NCBI GenBank assembly: GCA_964575465.1
Contig: CAZNSS010000001.1
Location: 1-37,601 of the forward strand
DNA length: 37,601 nt
Reading direction: 5' to 3'
Source: an uncultured Holophagales bacterium
GTDB lineage: Bacteria > Acidobacteriota > Thermoanaerobaculia > UBA5066
Each line of letters starts with the position of its first letter. The first letter of the stretch is position 1. The notes below the pieces were generated by a model. It saw nothing but the letters and a program-made list of their open reading frames with translations. It ran no database searches and was not told where the DNA came from. Both the position numbers and the translations under genes were made by a program. Of this stretch, positions 19,801 through 25,743 are shown in pieces.

Positions 19801-22800
19801 CGACGACCTCCAGGTCCTGTCCCGCGTGGTCGAGGTGAATTTCGCCGAGTCGCCCGCCTCTGCCCGACGGGGCGTGGAAGACGTGGGCCGCGTAGGTCCC
19901 GAGCGACAGTGCCTGGAATGAAGCACGCCCGTCGGCCCCGGCGACGGTCGCCTCGCCATTCGAGAGGAAGACCTGTGCGTCGGGAACCGGAGCGCCGTTC
20001 TGCGGATCCCGAACGAGGACGGAGAGCGCCGCCACCTGCCCTGAAAGGACGAGGTCACCCACCTCGACGACATCGAAGTCGGCCTTCAGCTCCCCGGAGC
20101 GGCTCCCCAGCCGCGAAACCTGACCCGGGTCCCGCGCGACCACCGTGAACCTGCCGGCCGAGACGCCGCCCATCTCGAATCGCCCGTCACCGCCGGCCGT
20201 CAGGAAGGCGGGAGCCGCCGGGAACCGGCGGAAGGGGAAGTCGTTCTCCTGGAGAGCGACCTGTGCGCCCGACAGCGGGAGGAAGACCCCCGGCGCCGTC
20301 TCCTCGGCGACCCGGCCGCGGACGGTTCCCTGGGGCTTCAGGGAGACGACGAGATCGAGAAGCTGCCCGTGTCCGGTGATCCGGCCGTACGTCCGCCCCG
20401 TCCTCTGGATCGCGCCACGAAAGCCGCTCGCGGTGACGGCGACGTTCCCCGGCGGAACGAGCTCGAACCGGAAGGCGCCGAGTTCGTCCGTTCGCTGCCG
20501 CTGCGGAATGTAGCCCGTCGCTTCGAGGTCGACGTCGATGCCCGGGACGGGGGTGATCCCGTCGACGTCGACGACCAATCCCGCTACCGTCGAGGATCCC
20601 TCGAAGAGGAGATCGACCTCCTTCACCTGGCCAGCGAAGTCGATGGCCCCTCGGAACGATGCCGTTCCGTGGAAGGGGTTCGCTGCGGTGACGCTCAGCT
20701 CTCCGACCGGCAGCACCAGGGCCAGGCGGCCGTCGTCGTCGGTCGTCGTCTCGATTCCCGTGGACTTCTGCCGGATGACGAGCTCCTGAGGGCTGAACCA
20801 CGTCGGCCGGTAGACGAGGGGGCTCCTCACGCCCGCGGTCGTCGTCCTCGTTCTGACGCGCAAGGTGCCGGCACCCCGTAGCCGGACGGTCACAAAGGCG
20901 CGGTGGCCGCCGAAGAGGACCTCGGTCCCCGCCTCGCCAATCCAGCCGATCGCCCGGGGTTCGAGGCCAGCTCCGACGTGAGCAGCGACCGTGTACGCCC
21001 GCGCGGGGACGCCCTCGAACGAGAACGTGCCGTCGGCCCCCGTCGTCGTCTCGCCGATCGGGACGAGCGTGACCGTGACGCCGGGTGCCGGCCTCCCGAG
21101 CGGGTCGAGGACGACGCCGTCGATCGCACCTGGGGTCGCGCCGTCGAGGACGATCGTCGCGGCGGCGACCGGATCGGGCGACGCGTCCGTGACGGAAACG
21201 ACGGTCGTCCCCTCTGCCCGGCGAACCGAGTCGATCGCGTGGACCCGGTACGGGGCTTCTCCCACCCCCTGCGCCGGAACGCCGTCGATGCGGTAGTCGC
21301 CCGCGGCATCGGTCACCGCGAAGCTCCCCGGCCCCTCGACGAACACCGTCGCTCCCGAGGCCGGAACGTCGGCCTGTGCGAGCGGGTCGTGGAAGAGAAC
21401 CTTCCCCGCGACGGACCTCGGGCTCGACGCGGCGAGGATCAGGGTGGCGTCGGCCGAGCCCTCCGCGGCGAGGTCGACGTCGGCGATCGCCGCCGTCCTC
21501 GACCTCGTGAAATCGGCGGCCTGAAGTGTCACGCGCCCTGCAGGAACCCCTGTGAACCGGAACGTGCCAGCCGTGCCCGTCACCGCCTCGCCGTACGGCG
21601 CGCCGGCCGAGTAGACGGCAACGCGTGCACCGGCAACGGGCTCCGCCTGCGGCCCTGAGGCCGTCTCGCTGCGGAAGAGGACCCTCCCGGAGACCGTCCC
21701 GATACGAGGCGGCCGGGATCGCTCGAGTCGGAGCGTCGTCTCCACCTTCGCGCCCGGTCCGCCGAGGGCGACCGTTGCGGAAGCCGATCGACCCTCCGCA
21801 TCGCGGGCCGTCACGGTGATTGGACCGACGGGGAGGCCGTCCACCCGAAAACCGCCGTCGGCCCCGGCCTTCGCGGTGCGGACCTCGGAGAAGAGCGTGC
21901 TGGCCGCCGTCACTGCTGCCCCGATGGCGGCGCCGCCGTCGTCGTAGACCGCACGGCCTGTCAGAGTCCCGCGTCCGAGGAACGAGAGGTTGATCCGCGC
22001 CAGGCGCGACTGAAGGCGGATGATGGAAGAGACCTCCTCGATCTCCAGGGGAGCCAGCGGGTCCGGCCCGGGAGGGAGGACCGCCTGGATTCGGAAGCCC
22101 GATTGCACCGTCCCCTTCTCCGGCGGCCTCGGGACGGCCAGTACGGGCTCCTCGACGAACGGGAAGAAGAATGAGCCGTCGGCTCCGGTCGTCCGCTCGG
22201 CGACGAGGTCGTGCACGACTCGCGAATCCAGGCCCGAAGCGTCCGGGACGATCCTCTCCCGGACGAGACGAAGCGTCGCTCCTGCGACGGCCTGCCCCGT
22301 CCCCGCGAGCACCTTCCCCTCGACGAGGCCTCCGACGTGTCCGCTCTCGATCCGGATGTCCGGCACGGGGGACGCGAGCGCGTTGCCGTACCGGTCGCGA
22401 AGCACGCCGGCCGCGATCCGGTGGAGATTCGTGACGACCGGCTGCCCTTCGCGGGTCGCGATCACGGCCGAGACGGGTTGCGCGAAGCGGACTGTCAGGA
22501 CGCGCTCGCTCGACGGCTGCAGGAGGGCCGAGGCGGCGGTGAACGTCGCCGTTCGCTCGAGGGTCTCTCCCGAAGCCGTCGAGTCGAGCCCGCGGAAACG
22601 CGTCTCGACCTCGTATCGGTCCTCCTCCTCGGCATCCGCCTTCGCGGGCGGGCGATTGAAGAGGTACCAGACGCCGGAACCGTAGGGATCGAGGACGAAG
22701 TCCTGTCGCGCCCCGATCAGGCGGAAGGGTGGCAACTCGACCGCCCGGACGATGGCGGCGGGCGCCTCGGAGACCGGCATTCCCGTCGCGAGATGGACGA

Positions 22801-25225
22801 GCGCGAACGCGAGCGGCCGAAAGTCGCCCGCCGCGCGCGTGACCTCCACGGCCCAAGCCTCCCCCGGCGGGACCGAGAGAGACGGAAAGTCGACGACGAC
22901 GAACCCGCTCCCCGAGGGGGCCGGAGCCACGAACGAAAGCGTGACCGGCATGGGCGTACCGGAAGCAGGACCGTGGACAACGAAAGCGTAGGCAGCCTCG
23001 GCCGAGAGGCGCCCGACGACCGCGAGGGGCGAACGGCGGCCGCCGGCGCGCTCGAAGACGTCGAACACCTCTCCGAATGGAATCGAGCGGAGCGCCCGCG
23101 CGTCGCCGGCCGGGTAGGCGAGAAACGTGACGCCTGTGGCGCCGTTGAGCTTTCGGACCTCGAGGGTCGGCGCAGTCCCCGCGCCGGAGCTCTCGAGCGT
23201 CGCTGCGATCCAGGGCCTCGCCCAGGTCATCGCCGAAGCCGTGTCGGCGAGGAGAGACCTCGCCGTGAGGCCGCGTGCCTCCTGCTCCTGGCGGAGGAGG
23301 CTCGCGAGCGCCTCGGCGGCGTCTCGGCCCTTCGTCAGGGTCCGCCGGAGGGTGTCGTACTCGGGAAGGTCGTGTCGATTCCCGAGCTGGTCGAGGAGGA
23401 GCGCCTCGAGCGACGAGAGCAGCCCGTCGCCCAGGTAGAGCCGCTGACCCGCCTCGGCGAGGTCGACGGCCCGACGCTCGACGTCGGTCGTCACGAGCCG
23501 AGGCAGCTCCGGTGGGATCGACCCTGGCGGCGCCACGGCGAGGCTCCACGCGAGACCGAGCAGCCGGATGTTCGATCGGACGAGAGCCTCGGGAAGGAGC
23601 TCCGTGAATCGCGGGAGGACGAGTGACGAAGGAGACAGAGGGATCCCGGCCTCGCCGACGCCCGTCCGCAGCCGGATGACGCCTTCTGCCGGCCCCGCCG
23701 ACTGGAAGGTCGTCGCCACGCAGCGGCCCGTGACGTCGGCCACGAGCCGGTACTCGAACGTCGCACCCTCTCCCGGGGCGAGCGAGGGAATGGTGGGCGA
23801 GAAATCGTCTCCCGCGCGCTCCTTGTGAGCGCCGGTGATTCGGCTCGAATCGAGCTCGACCGTCACCAGGTACTGCGTGGCACGCGAGAGGTTCGTGACG
23901 GTGGCGTAGAGGGTGTAGGGCTCGCCCTCGCGGACGACGTCGGGGTGGTTGAAGGAGAGGTTGAAGCGGGCGTCGACGACCTCGACGGCGGCCTTGAGCT
24001 TCCCCGCGAGCGGCAGGACGTCCCGCCCGGGCCGCTCGAGGTCCGCTTCGATCGCCAGCGTGAAGACGTGCGTGCCGGGAACGAGCCCTTCAAGCGTGAA
24101 GCTCGCCGCCCCCTGCTCGCTGGGCCCGAGGCGCGCATTTCCTGTCGCGCCGAGGACCGGCACCTTCTGGCCGGCGGAGACCGGCGGCGTCGTCTGCGCG
24201 AGGCGCAGCAGCTCCCGCGGGACGGCCGCGGGCAGGCGAATCGCGCCCGTCACGTTCGCGAGCACGGCCGCGCTCCCCGTGGGAGCGCCGTTCACGACGA
24301 GGAGACTGGCGTCGAGGAACTGGTTGAGGAACGAGACCTTTCCGGGGAGGACGATGACACCGAACAGCTTCGTCTCGGCAGGAACCTCCTCGGGTTCGTA
24401 TCCCGGAGCGAGCTGGTCGGGCGCGGCCGCTTCCAGGCGGAACGGTATGAGGCTCGGGGGCTGCCATCGCCTCAACGCGGCAGCGACGTCTCCGGGAAGG
24501 CCGTCGAGCCGGACCTGCGGCTTCTCGAGGAGCTCGACCTGTGATCCCTCCTGGAAGAGGACCGGGAGCTCGATCGTGACGGGCGTGTCCCTGAAGACGA
24601 ACCCGACGTCGAAGCTGAAGGCCTGGAAGCTCTGCTGGGTAATCTCGATTCCCCTCGCTCTCAGCTCCTCCAGCGTCAGCTGCCGGACGGTCGCCGAAGC
24701 GAGGAGGATCTGTCGCACCTCGAGGACGACGGTGGAGGGACTCGCGTTGCCGAGGACCTCCCCGCCGCCGGCCCGGGCAAGCCGGATGTTCGAGAGGAGG
24801 TAGGTCCCCTCCGACTGGAAGCCAGGCAGGAGAAACGCGCCGCCCGGAACGGTGGAGTAGGTGATCGGCTGTGGCAGCTCCGGCCCCGAGAGATCACCTT
24901 GAACGACGAGACCCGAGGCGCGCGGATCGCCCGACGCCATGGCGCCGCAGACTCCCGCGAAACAGGTGCGGACCGTCGCCCCTTCGGCGACGTTCAGCGT
25001 TTGTTCCTCGTCGCCCGGAGCGATCGAGAGACGAGTGCCCTGAATGAGGAGCTTGTCGGAGGCGAGCGGCTCGGTCGGCTGGGCTGAAGCCCCGGCCGCT
25101 GGAACGAGCGCGCCGAGGGCGAGCAGAAGGAGAAGCGCATGGACGGATGCGAGCGGGCCTCGACGCCCCCTGGAATCCGCCCGCCGGCCGGTAACGGCCA
25201 GGGTGTCCCGCACTCTCCCCCGCAC
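7868..25225 (-). CDS. Giant exported protein, 5785 aa (Ig-like, CarboxypepD_reg-like, SbsA-Ig and Gly-rich beta-helix modules)
   Basis: A 17.36-kb uninterrupted ORF in the track. The N-terminus is ...RGRRGPLASVHALLLLLALGALVPAAGASA|QPTEP (signal peptide). It carries about 12 CarboxypepD_reg-like repeats and two SbsA-type Ig domains. It also has many Ig-like domains with the A-x-D-D-x-G/V-x-x-[VIL] motif (ATDDVQVSRIRIEVGG, ASDDQGVQRVEVFRDG, SVNDDGPVSRLDVALG) and four Gly-rich beta-helix modules. The start is GTG 25225. GTG 25213, preceded by GGGGGAGA, is equally possible. There is no in-frame ATG before the signal peptide. Confidence 0.93.
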   Translation of the reverse strand: MRGRVRDTLAVTGRRADSRGRRGPLASVHALLLLLALGALVPAAGASAQPTEPLASDKLLIQGTRLSIAPGDEEQTLNVAEGATVRTCFAGVCGAMASGDPRASGLVVQGDLSGPELPQPITYSTVPGGAFLLPGFQSEGTYLLSNIRLARAGGGEVLGNASPSTVVLEVRQILLASATVRQLTLEELRARGIEITQQSFQAFSFDVGFVFRDTPVTIELPVLFQEGSQVELLEKPQVRLDGLPGDVAAALRRWQPPSLIPFRLEAAAPDQLAPGYEPEEVPAETKLFGVIVLPGKVSFLNQFLDASLLVVNGAPTGSAAVLANVTGAIRLPAAVPRELLRLAQTTPPVSAGQKVPVLGATGNARLGPSEQGAASFTLEGLVPGTHVFTLAIEADLERPGRDVLPLAGKLKAAVEVVDARFNLSFNHPDVVREGEPYTLYATVTNLSRATQYLVTVELDSSRITGAHKERAGDDFSPTIPSLAPGEGATFEYRLVADVTGRCVATTFQSAGPAEGVIRLRTGVGEAGIPLSPSSLVLPRFTELLPEALVRSNIRLLGLAWSLAVAPPGSIPPELPRLVTTDVERRAVDLAEAGQRLYLGDGLLSSLEALLLDQLGNRHDLPEYDTLRRTLTKGRDAAEALASLLRQEQEARGLTARSLLADTASAMTWARPWIAATLESSGAGTAPTLEVRKLNGATGVTFLAYPAGDARALRSIPFGEVFDVFERAGGRRSPLAVVGRLSAEAAYAFVVHGPASGTPMPVTLSFVAPAPSGSGFVVVDFPSLSVPPGEAWAVEVTRAAGDFRPLAFALVHLATGMPVSEAPAAIVRAVELPPFRLIGARQDFVLDPYGSGVWYLFNRPPAKADAEEEDRYEVETRFRGLDSTASGETLERTATFTAASALLQPSSERVLTVRFAQPVSAVIATREGQPVVTNLHRIAAGVLRDRYGNALASPVPDIRIESGHVGGLVEGKVLAGTGQAVAGATLRLVRERIVPDASGLDSRVVHDLVAERTTGADGSFFFPFVEEPVLAVPRPPEKGTVQSGFRIQAVLPPGPDPLAPLEIEEVSSIIRLQSRLARINLSFLGRGTLTGRAVYDDGGAAIGAAVTAASTLFSEVRTAKAGADGGFRVDGLPVGPITVTARDAEGRSASATVALGGPGAKVETTLRLERSRPPRIGTVSGRVLFRSETASGPQAEPVAGARVAVYSAGAPYGEAVTGTAGTFRFTGVPAGRVTLQAADFTRSRTAAIADVDLAAEGSADATLILAASSPRSVAGKVLFHDPLAQADVPASGATVFVEGPGSFAVTDAAGDYRIDGVPAQGVGEAPYRVHAIDSVRRAEGTTVVSVTDASPDPVAAATIVLDGATPGAIDGVVLDPLGRPAPGVTVTLVPIGETTTGADGTFSFEGVPARAYTVAAHVGAGLEPRAIGWIGEAGTEVLFGGHRAFVTVRLRGAGTLRVRTRTTTAGVRSPLVYRPTWFSPQELVIRQKSTGIETTTDDDGRLALVLPVGELSVTAANPFHGTASFRGAIDFAGQVKEVDLLFEGSSTVAGLVVDVDGITPVPGIDVDLEATGYIPQRQRTDELGAFRFELVPPGNVAVTASGFRGAIQRTGRTYGRITGHGQLLDLVVSLKPQGTVRGRVAEETAPGVFLPLSGAQVALQENDFPFRRFPAAPAFLTAGGDGRFEMGGVSAGRFTVVARDPGQVSRLGSRSGELKADFDVVEVGDLVLSGQVAALSVLVRDPQNGAPVPDAQVFLSNGEATVAGADGRASFQALSLGTYAAHVFHAPSGRGGRLGEIHLDHAGQDLEVVVLLDQRGRVSGVLFDDATRTVPVGGGTVRLEGTVNGRLWGAGVTALASTSREPGSSGTFAFDGLPVATYALSAGVEGSDRQAGENVVLTPTAPEAQVALVLEPIRDVWVRLFSKEQSRGLVEVDPDPVRGDGVFAISYGRHVDIYSGEPIPLTSRLAPDVPYPGHAYRFRDVLASRSFWVRALESSGEQRRAFVTSSALASGTGASADPYRITLLARGTVRVAVRDAGGVAAGGANVRVHAPNGTWEGAADAAGRAVFTAVEEGQVSVSASVPGTPLGASISRTLRWDDEVLDVTLTLSPVVSAHGTVHEAPGGDAWSGDPASLPPAGGIFVRIRPSTGDEQLLVTSGDGAFRFSGLAAGPYTLEARSLDGERVATAAGTLGSAHGTDYALPPVVLDGSRPRIVSVTPPNGQSLVSRTAPVEIVFSEPLATAVLPSGPTSSTFRLSFSSAQATGTWSSSLDGAGRQVVRFTPSPRYENSTTYMLAMVGGSGGVRDREGRSLTDSGDVGSSFTTSDTDGPRVVATVPSLARPVDPEAQVRVDFGEILALTSAQLEAAVRFEWRNGAGTWADFPVATSLTRGGYSILVAQPQGVTFTDDSLRRRLVVTGLTDVAGNPMPEWVGEYRIYDRNAPVLSIDLPPNAPTGDLVAAARYELSPSFGNLDDVTPESAFGDLDRVEFSFASAAEPTQPEPVPSAIVRVAPFRYGFVAAYTGDGVAPRPFPVWARAFDTSGNASGVARLEMRVLPNAPPTIAGVTASASGPVVGVFYAGSTVSATAAGIADADDARLTLLAELRRGGPQGTILASAPARTLERPAGGWSALAPQVLSFTVPLTEAEGSTLSVVARVTDGKGATGVREATFAVADDAGTPVLSDLVARRPDGSTATSFVIGDSFVLEVRARDAETAIRSVAIATAGGVFPAALDAVRVATTDVFRTAAVTVPGSLTVPVTIGVTATADDHGGNQATRTTTLEAAPGSDPNRPVAEWLSPFEGALWPAGYISVDAGKSGVDLLLRVRITDSDVDAGGHTIPGSYVNVRVRGPVDATGSIAADSIPAVLLSGSAGEWVYEAAWRVPNGVPAGTSLPFEVEVVDAGANRMVRTATLVAVPARHVYESATTSIDSGSDVPMPEGAEALPVFLLDGSTLSLYPPAAGGERSFEGLHLYSGGTWSAGAESTVTVRRTILTSPEVTTRGSLVPFYPLELAIGGTLAIAHGAAIDVTGHGLLGGDGSRDPVVLPGERASAPGSAGSHGGRGHPVEGDWVTLLSAPGSVYGSVREPRLPGGGAGRAGASGGGVVRIDASSAIVRLFGDLAADGGPVPGGSSVGAAGGSVRLRAGRIEGRGSVHANGSFTVYGTSRPGGGGGRVAVSWGEPQSPGISVRAEGAPSPFYRYGEPNPTPLAGAGTVFLERLGAGGVPVDRGTLRISNPASTYPPAVTPLPGLGTAIVTAIDSASRTLTVRAADAAGSIEGESVVVTTLPAGDGSTTTAVFPVATEVRVSGSVGSPDQVLVLTVDAPAGDLDATAAALAAGGAVTAKARLRFAAFEATGAVRVSSGDELEVGGILNDRAALAIAADSRVLLGELPAVDFAGTVPAPGSAVAQAGAVDVRFRITDPLGISKVEETWSVTGSKSTRTFVEPTEVTSSPVPIHLVVPANQPPGPVTYAVRTIDRAGRISERTATWNVVGDVTPPVITAVDLSPMRPGDLYVAGDVVAITARATDDVQVSRIRIEVGGRTAESETSPATLVWIAPPAATASTFTITVTAMDLAGNARTASRSISVSPRADVVPPSVSIDCPSPGALLPSGYSSFRVQAAASDDQGVQRVEVFRDGDATPTAVVEASSGSTRTFETLTPGIVLPEVAEPTPVRLRVRAWDFGGNVSADSETEVTVVPAVPVSAAGPNDWQALETRTAFLASGTLVLDEPRTFAGLLVLRGASVAHSPGGARRLTLTVTGPLFVECGGSIDVTGRGYPEGGTYPGEVAPMGGGGSHVGTGGAYGGGVRGSTFGSVKEPQEAGGGGLGANGSSSGGGVVRIQAGTLSLGGPTASILANGSVDGWQAGGGGSIWITASSIQGNGLIEASSGGTVERGGGGAVAIEYGTATGTALTRANAKGGGGGLAGDNGGAGTVLLRGPGTAYGVLRIDNGGTTGQATVLPSLGSGTAQPGSSGATLVTDRGIAIPAFFKGHEVEVTRGGILLGTWRIATISDRTVTLEPGGAGPIALQAGDLWQGAYRFDAVEVAGASRLQSLDPIRTPSLGLAGPTASGGVTESLSPLNAETVSVAGRVQVSAITATDLTVKSGATLSHPSSTAAGIRDLDLKVSGTLTIEEGGSIDVTGRGYPADAAYPGAVLPLAGGGSHLGTGGAYEWGSRGTTYGSVGSPKEAGGGGRGANGSASGGGVVRIRSGTLAFGGTTASIISNGSAYGWQAGAGGSIWITTSSITGDGLIEAGGGGPGARGGGGAVALEYAGATGTALSRMNARGGGGGGVAAENGGAGTVFEKGPGATYGTLRVNNLGTTGQATVLPSLGSGTAQVGTSGVTLVTDRGTAIPAFFVGHRVEVSRGGALLGTWRIETIAGRTVMLEPNGAETIALQAGDLWQGVYQFDSVEVAGGAMLQSADPIRDAAPRIAITSPAPGASFASGSSIAVTYGAADDHPVVRVTLRLGGSTTDIPGPTATSGVVTAPWVSSTTSLLLEATVLDSTGQSASTSIPITVLAPPPMTVSIVEPASGAVLIGGTSEPVRLQLSDSRPLRKLTLALGAATSEFTGLAGPSFSVALPVPAVSSDEAGSLLATVEDASGATVSSAPVSMTLLADSNPRVTSSVNVPSPVGAGASVVVGFTGLFRDPTNARVQLRVTGAMNWEATATGPFPSAAPTGLSALATARPFSGSFPSFVIPRGARGAMTIDVTAIDGAGRSGPAVAIVREVVAPQNGPPTVTLLDPSPSGDTIVVAGETLPASVSVNDDGPVSRLDVALGASRSSVPNPSVGVRSVSVPVPAVAEDQVLPLTATAVDDQGLEGAADPAPVFVLTSASPRVGLILEPAGPYESGSSFLVSLEAVAVRGAATATLEVSGAMTFSETIAIAGSPKRYAGAFSPVTIPAGALGAATAVVRVTDEVGLYGLATLPLQIGVDHAPVASLSAPATASSGGTLELSLAASDDLGLRSARLSITGAFEYARLVTLGSPTSEVLDTTRTIRIPVPPDALGGAVVSVEVDDSNGAMAVAGPKSVSVVDGKPPAISRVRSPQSALVSGRGGIFAADVRDAGRIVEVRFLLDGTPFASLAVPARQGTFEAGIEPLPATTEPRPLVFRVEAVDAAGNSSWSERTFTLLPAGTPGVRLASPSAGALAIAGGTVALAAEVEHTREISQLRFFREGEATPFATLPGGERYAEYTIPTDATAGSAVGFRVEATDDLGRVGSASSSVRIVTGDLLEAGAVVDATDVSHDDRNVVVGGGEVVIRGHHRFASLVVLTNSFVHCDPGLDEPCEIDLEVSGDAYIAFRGSVGASGGGYLGGYQGPNITPVGRTLPGLPGSEAGAGGSYGGRGEAGSGAVPGPPYGNLRRPSLPGAGGGADGADRPGGSGGGVVQLRVGGQFVLDGEIDVEGGSGEGGGVGAGGSVSVEAGSIGGTGIVFAHGGTPWIRAGQGGSAGGGRIAFRGPLQDRVPGLAAASGPQWYSSGAAGTIFVSSPDDRDGHLILDSGWCEQPSPTELVAIGSGVVSSVAGRSIQAAGSQWRPGVEGRPVEVRRGGELVGRFLVDAVEVAARILTLDADADGQLLPGDTYVGVESFDSVTVGGRSRLATTDLLEGRLDVGSSAAIAAPNASVPPTDAAPTVSASIPTRNVSAGATIPVTVQARDDIGLDRIVLWLEWIDGTRIEVPVEGGATTFDRTLSFGVPAEPTTGEYYLGVGVFDSVGQWTSTLWRLIVASSSGLRATTPAVARPTSVSTGRSGARTGPRVRPTHPVFTPPAPAAPSAQRPFAIRLP
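8385..9460 (-). repeat. Gly-rich beta-helix plus small beta-barrel module, copy 4 of 4
   Basis: Key segments are HHRFASLVVLTNSFVHCDP...AGGSYGGRGEAGSG...PYGNLRRPSLPGAGGGADGADRPGGSGGGVVQLRVGG...GAGGSVSVEAGSIGGTGIVFAHGG...SAGGGRIAF. The module ends with GRPVEVRRGGELVGRFLVDAVEV...LLPGDTYVGVESFDSVTVGGRSRL. This parallels GHEVEVTRGGILLGTWRI...LQAGDLWQGAYRFDAVEVAGASRL of copies 2 and 3. Confidence 0.6.
11950..14157 (-). repeat. In-frame tandem duplication, period 1104 bp (368 codons): Gly-rich beta-helix module copies 2 and 3
   Basis: The string cgtcccgtcacgtcgatcga occurs at 12804 and at 13908, an offset of 1104. A 42-nt identical run, ctgcgccgtcccgctcccgaggctcggcaggaccgtcgcctg, occurs near 12218 and near 13325. 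The two protein copies align end to end with roughly three quarters identical residues by eye. Both contain GGSIDVTGRGYP, GGGSH.GTGGAY, SGGGVVRI, GWQAG.GGSIWIT, TGQATVLPSLGSGTAQ, LLGTWRI and ALQAGDLWQG.Y.FD.VEVAG. Confidence 0.85.
15120..16265 (-). repeat. Gly-rich beta-helix plus small beta-barrel module, copy 1 of 4
   Basis: Key segments are AIDVTGHGLLGG...GSAGSHGGRG...GSVYGSVREPRLPGGGAGRAGASGGGVVRIDASS...AAGGSVRLRAGRIEGRGSVHANG...GGGGGRVAVSWG. Core motifs are shared with copies 2-4. Boundaries are approximate. Confidence 0.6.
17900..18610 (-). other. Two SbsA-type (Big_5-like) Ig domains inside the 5785-aa CDS
   Basis: The first reads RPRIVSVTPPNGQSLVSRTAPVEIVFSEPLATAVLP...VRDREGRSLT. The second reads GPRVVATVPSLARPVDPEAQVRVDFGEIL...GLTDVAGNPMPEW. 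The P-x-[VI]-x-x-x-x-P...[VI]-x-[VI]-x-F-S-E-P[LM]...D-x-A-G-N signature is characteristic. Confidence 0.6.
18690..22330 (-). repeat. Array of about 12 CarboxypepD_reg-like beta-sandwich domains inside the 5785-aa CDS
   Basis: Repeats follow the pattern G-x-[VI]-x-G-x-V...G-A-x-V...T-D-x-x-G-x-F-x-[FL]-x-G-[VL]-P-x-G-x-Y-x-[VL]. Examples are GTVSGRVLF...GARVAVYS...TGTAGTFRFTGVPAGRVTLQA, GAIDGVVLDPLGRPAPGVTVTLVPIGETTTGADGTFSFEGVPARAYTVAA and GTVRGRVAEE...GAQVALQ...GGDGRFEMGGVSAGRFTVVA. Boundaries are approximate. Confidence 0.7.
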
Positions 25226-25269
25226 AGGAGAGGCACGCTACGCGAGCGCGATCACCCGGGACAATGAAC

Positions 25270-25296
25270 AAAACGCGACACGGCGGACGCCGCGTC
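25270..25296 (-). terminator. Hairpin plus short T-tract directly after the AraC-like stop (possible partial terminator or attenuator)
   Basis: The minus strand reads GACGCGGC-GTCC-GCCGTGTC, an 8-bp stem with one G-U pair, followed by GCGTTTTGTTC. It begins 1 nt after the stop codon and lies about 45 nt before the giant gene start. The T-tract is short, so termination is probably incomplete. Confidence 0.35.
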
Positions 25297-25743
25297 TCAG
25301 TTCGCCCCGGCTCTCACGCCGGCCGCGCGCCTCCTGAGCTCGTCGCGCAGCTGCGCCGGCGTGAGGCCGAAGCAGGCGCGGACGAAGCGACCGAGCGCCT
25401 GCGGGCCGGAGAGGCCGACGGAGCGGGCGACGACCGGCTGCGGGACGCCGCTCTCGAGGAGGGTTGCGACGACGTCCGCGCGGCACTCCTGCCGCACGCG
25501 GGACATGCACCGCCCCCCCGCCTTGAACCGACGGACCAGCGTCCTCACCGAGATGTTCCGCCGCACGGCGACGGCCTTGGGTCCCTCGACGACGAAGAGG
25601 ACCTTCGTGTCGTCTCCGAAACGGGTGTCGAGACCGGCAAAGGGGTCTCCAGGAACGAGGGAGCGGATCTCGACGGCCGAGGCCCGCGGCCGGCACGCAT
25701 CGACGCCCAAAGCGGGCTTTCGCCCCCCGACCACCTTCCCCAT
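25297..25743 (-). CDS. Small AraC/XylS-family transcriptional regulator (148 aa)
   Basis: The C-terminal 100 aa fit the double-HTH AraC signature: ISVRTLVRRFKAGGRCMSRVRQECRADVVATLLESGVPQPVVARSVGLSGPQALGRFVRACFGLTPAQLRDE. The start is assigned to ATG 25743, preceded by GAGGGG, rather than the track start at 25794. The N-terminal domain is only about 50 aa. Confidence 0.8.
   Translation of the reverse strand: MGKVVGGRKPALGVDACRPRASAVEIRSLVPGDPFAGLDTRFGDDTKVLFVVEGPKAVAVRRNISVRTLVRRFKAGGRCMSRVRQECRADVVATLLESGVPQPVVARSVGLSGPQALGRFVRACFGLTPAQLRDELRRRAAGVRAGAN

Noticed and set aside
25130-25225. Twin-arginine-like string (SRGRRGPLA) in the giant protein's signal peptide
   Set aside because: It does not fit the S/T-R-R-x-F-L-K consensus well. 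Tat export of a folded 5785-aa protein is implausible. It is more likely an Arg-rich n-region of a Sec signal, and the true start codon is uncertain.
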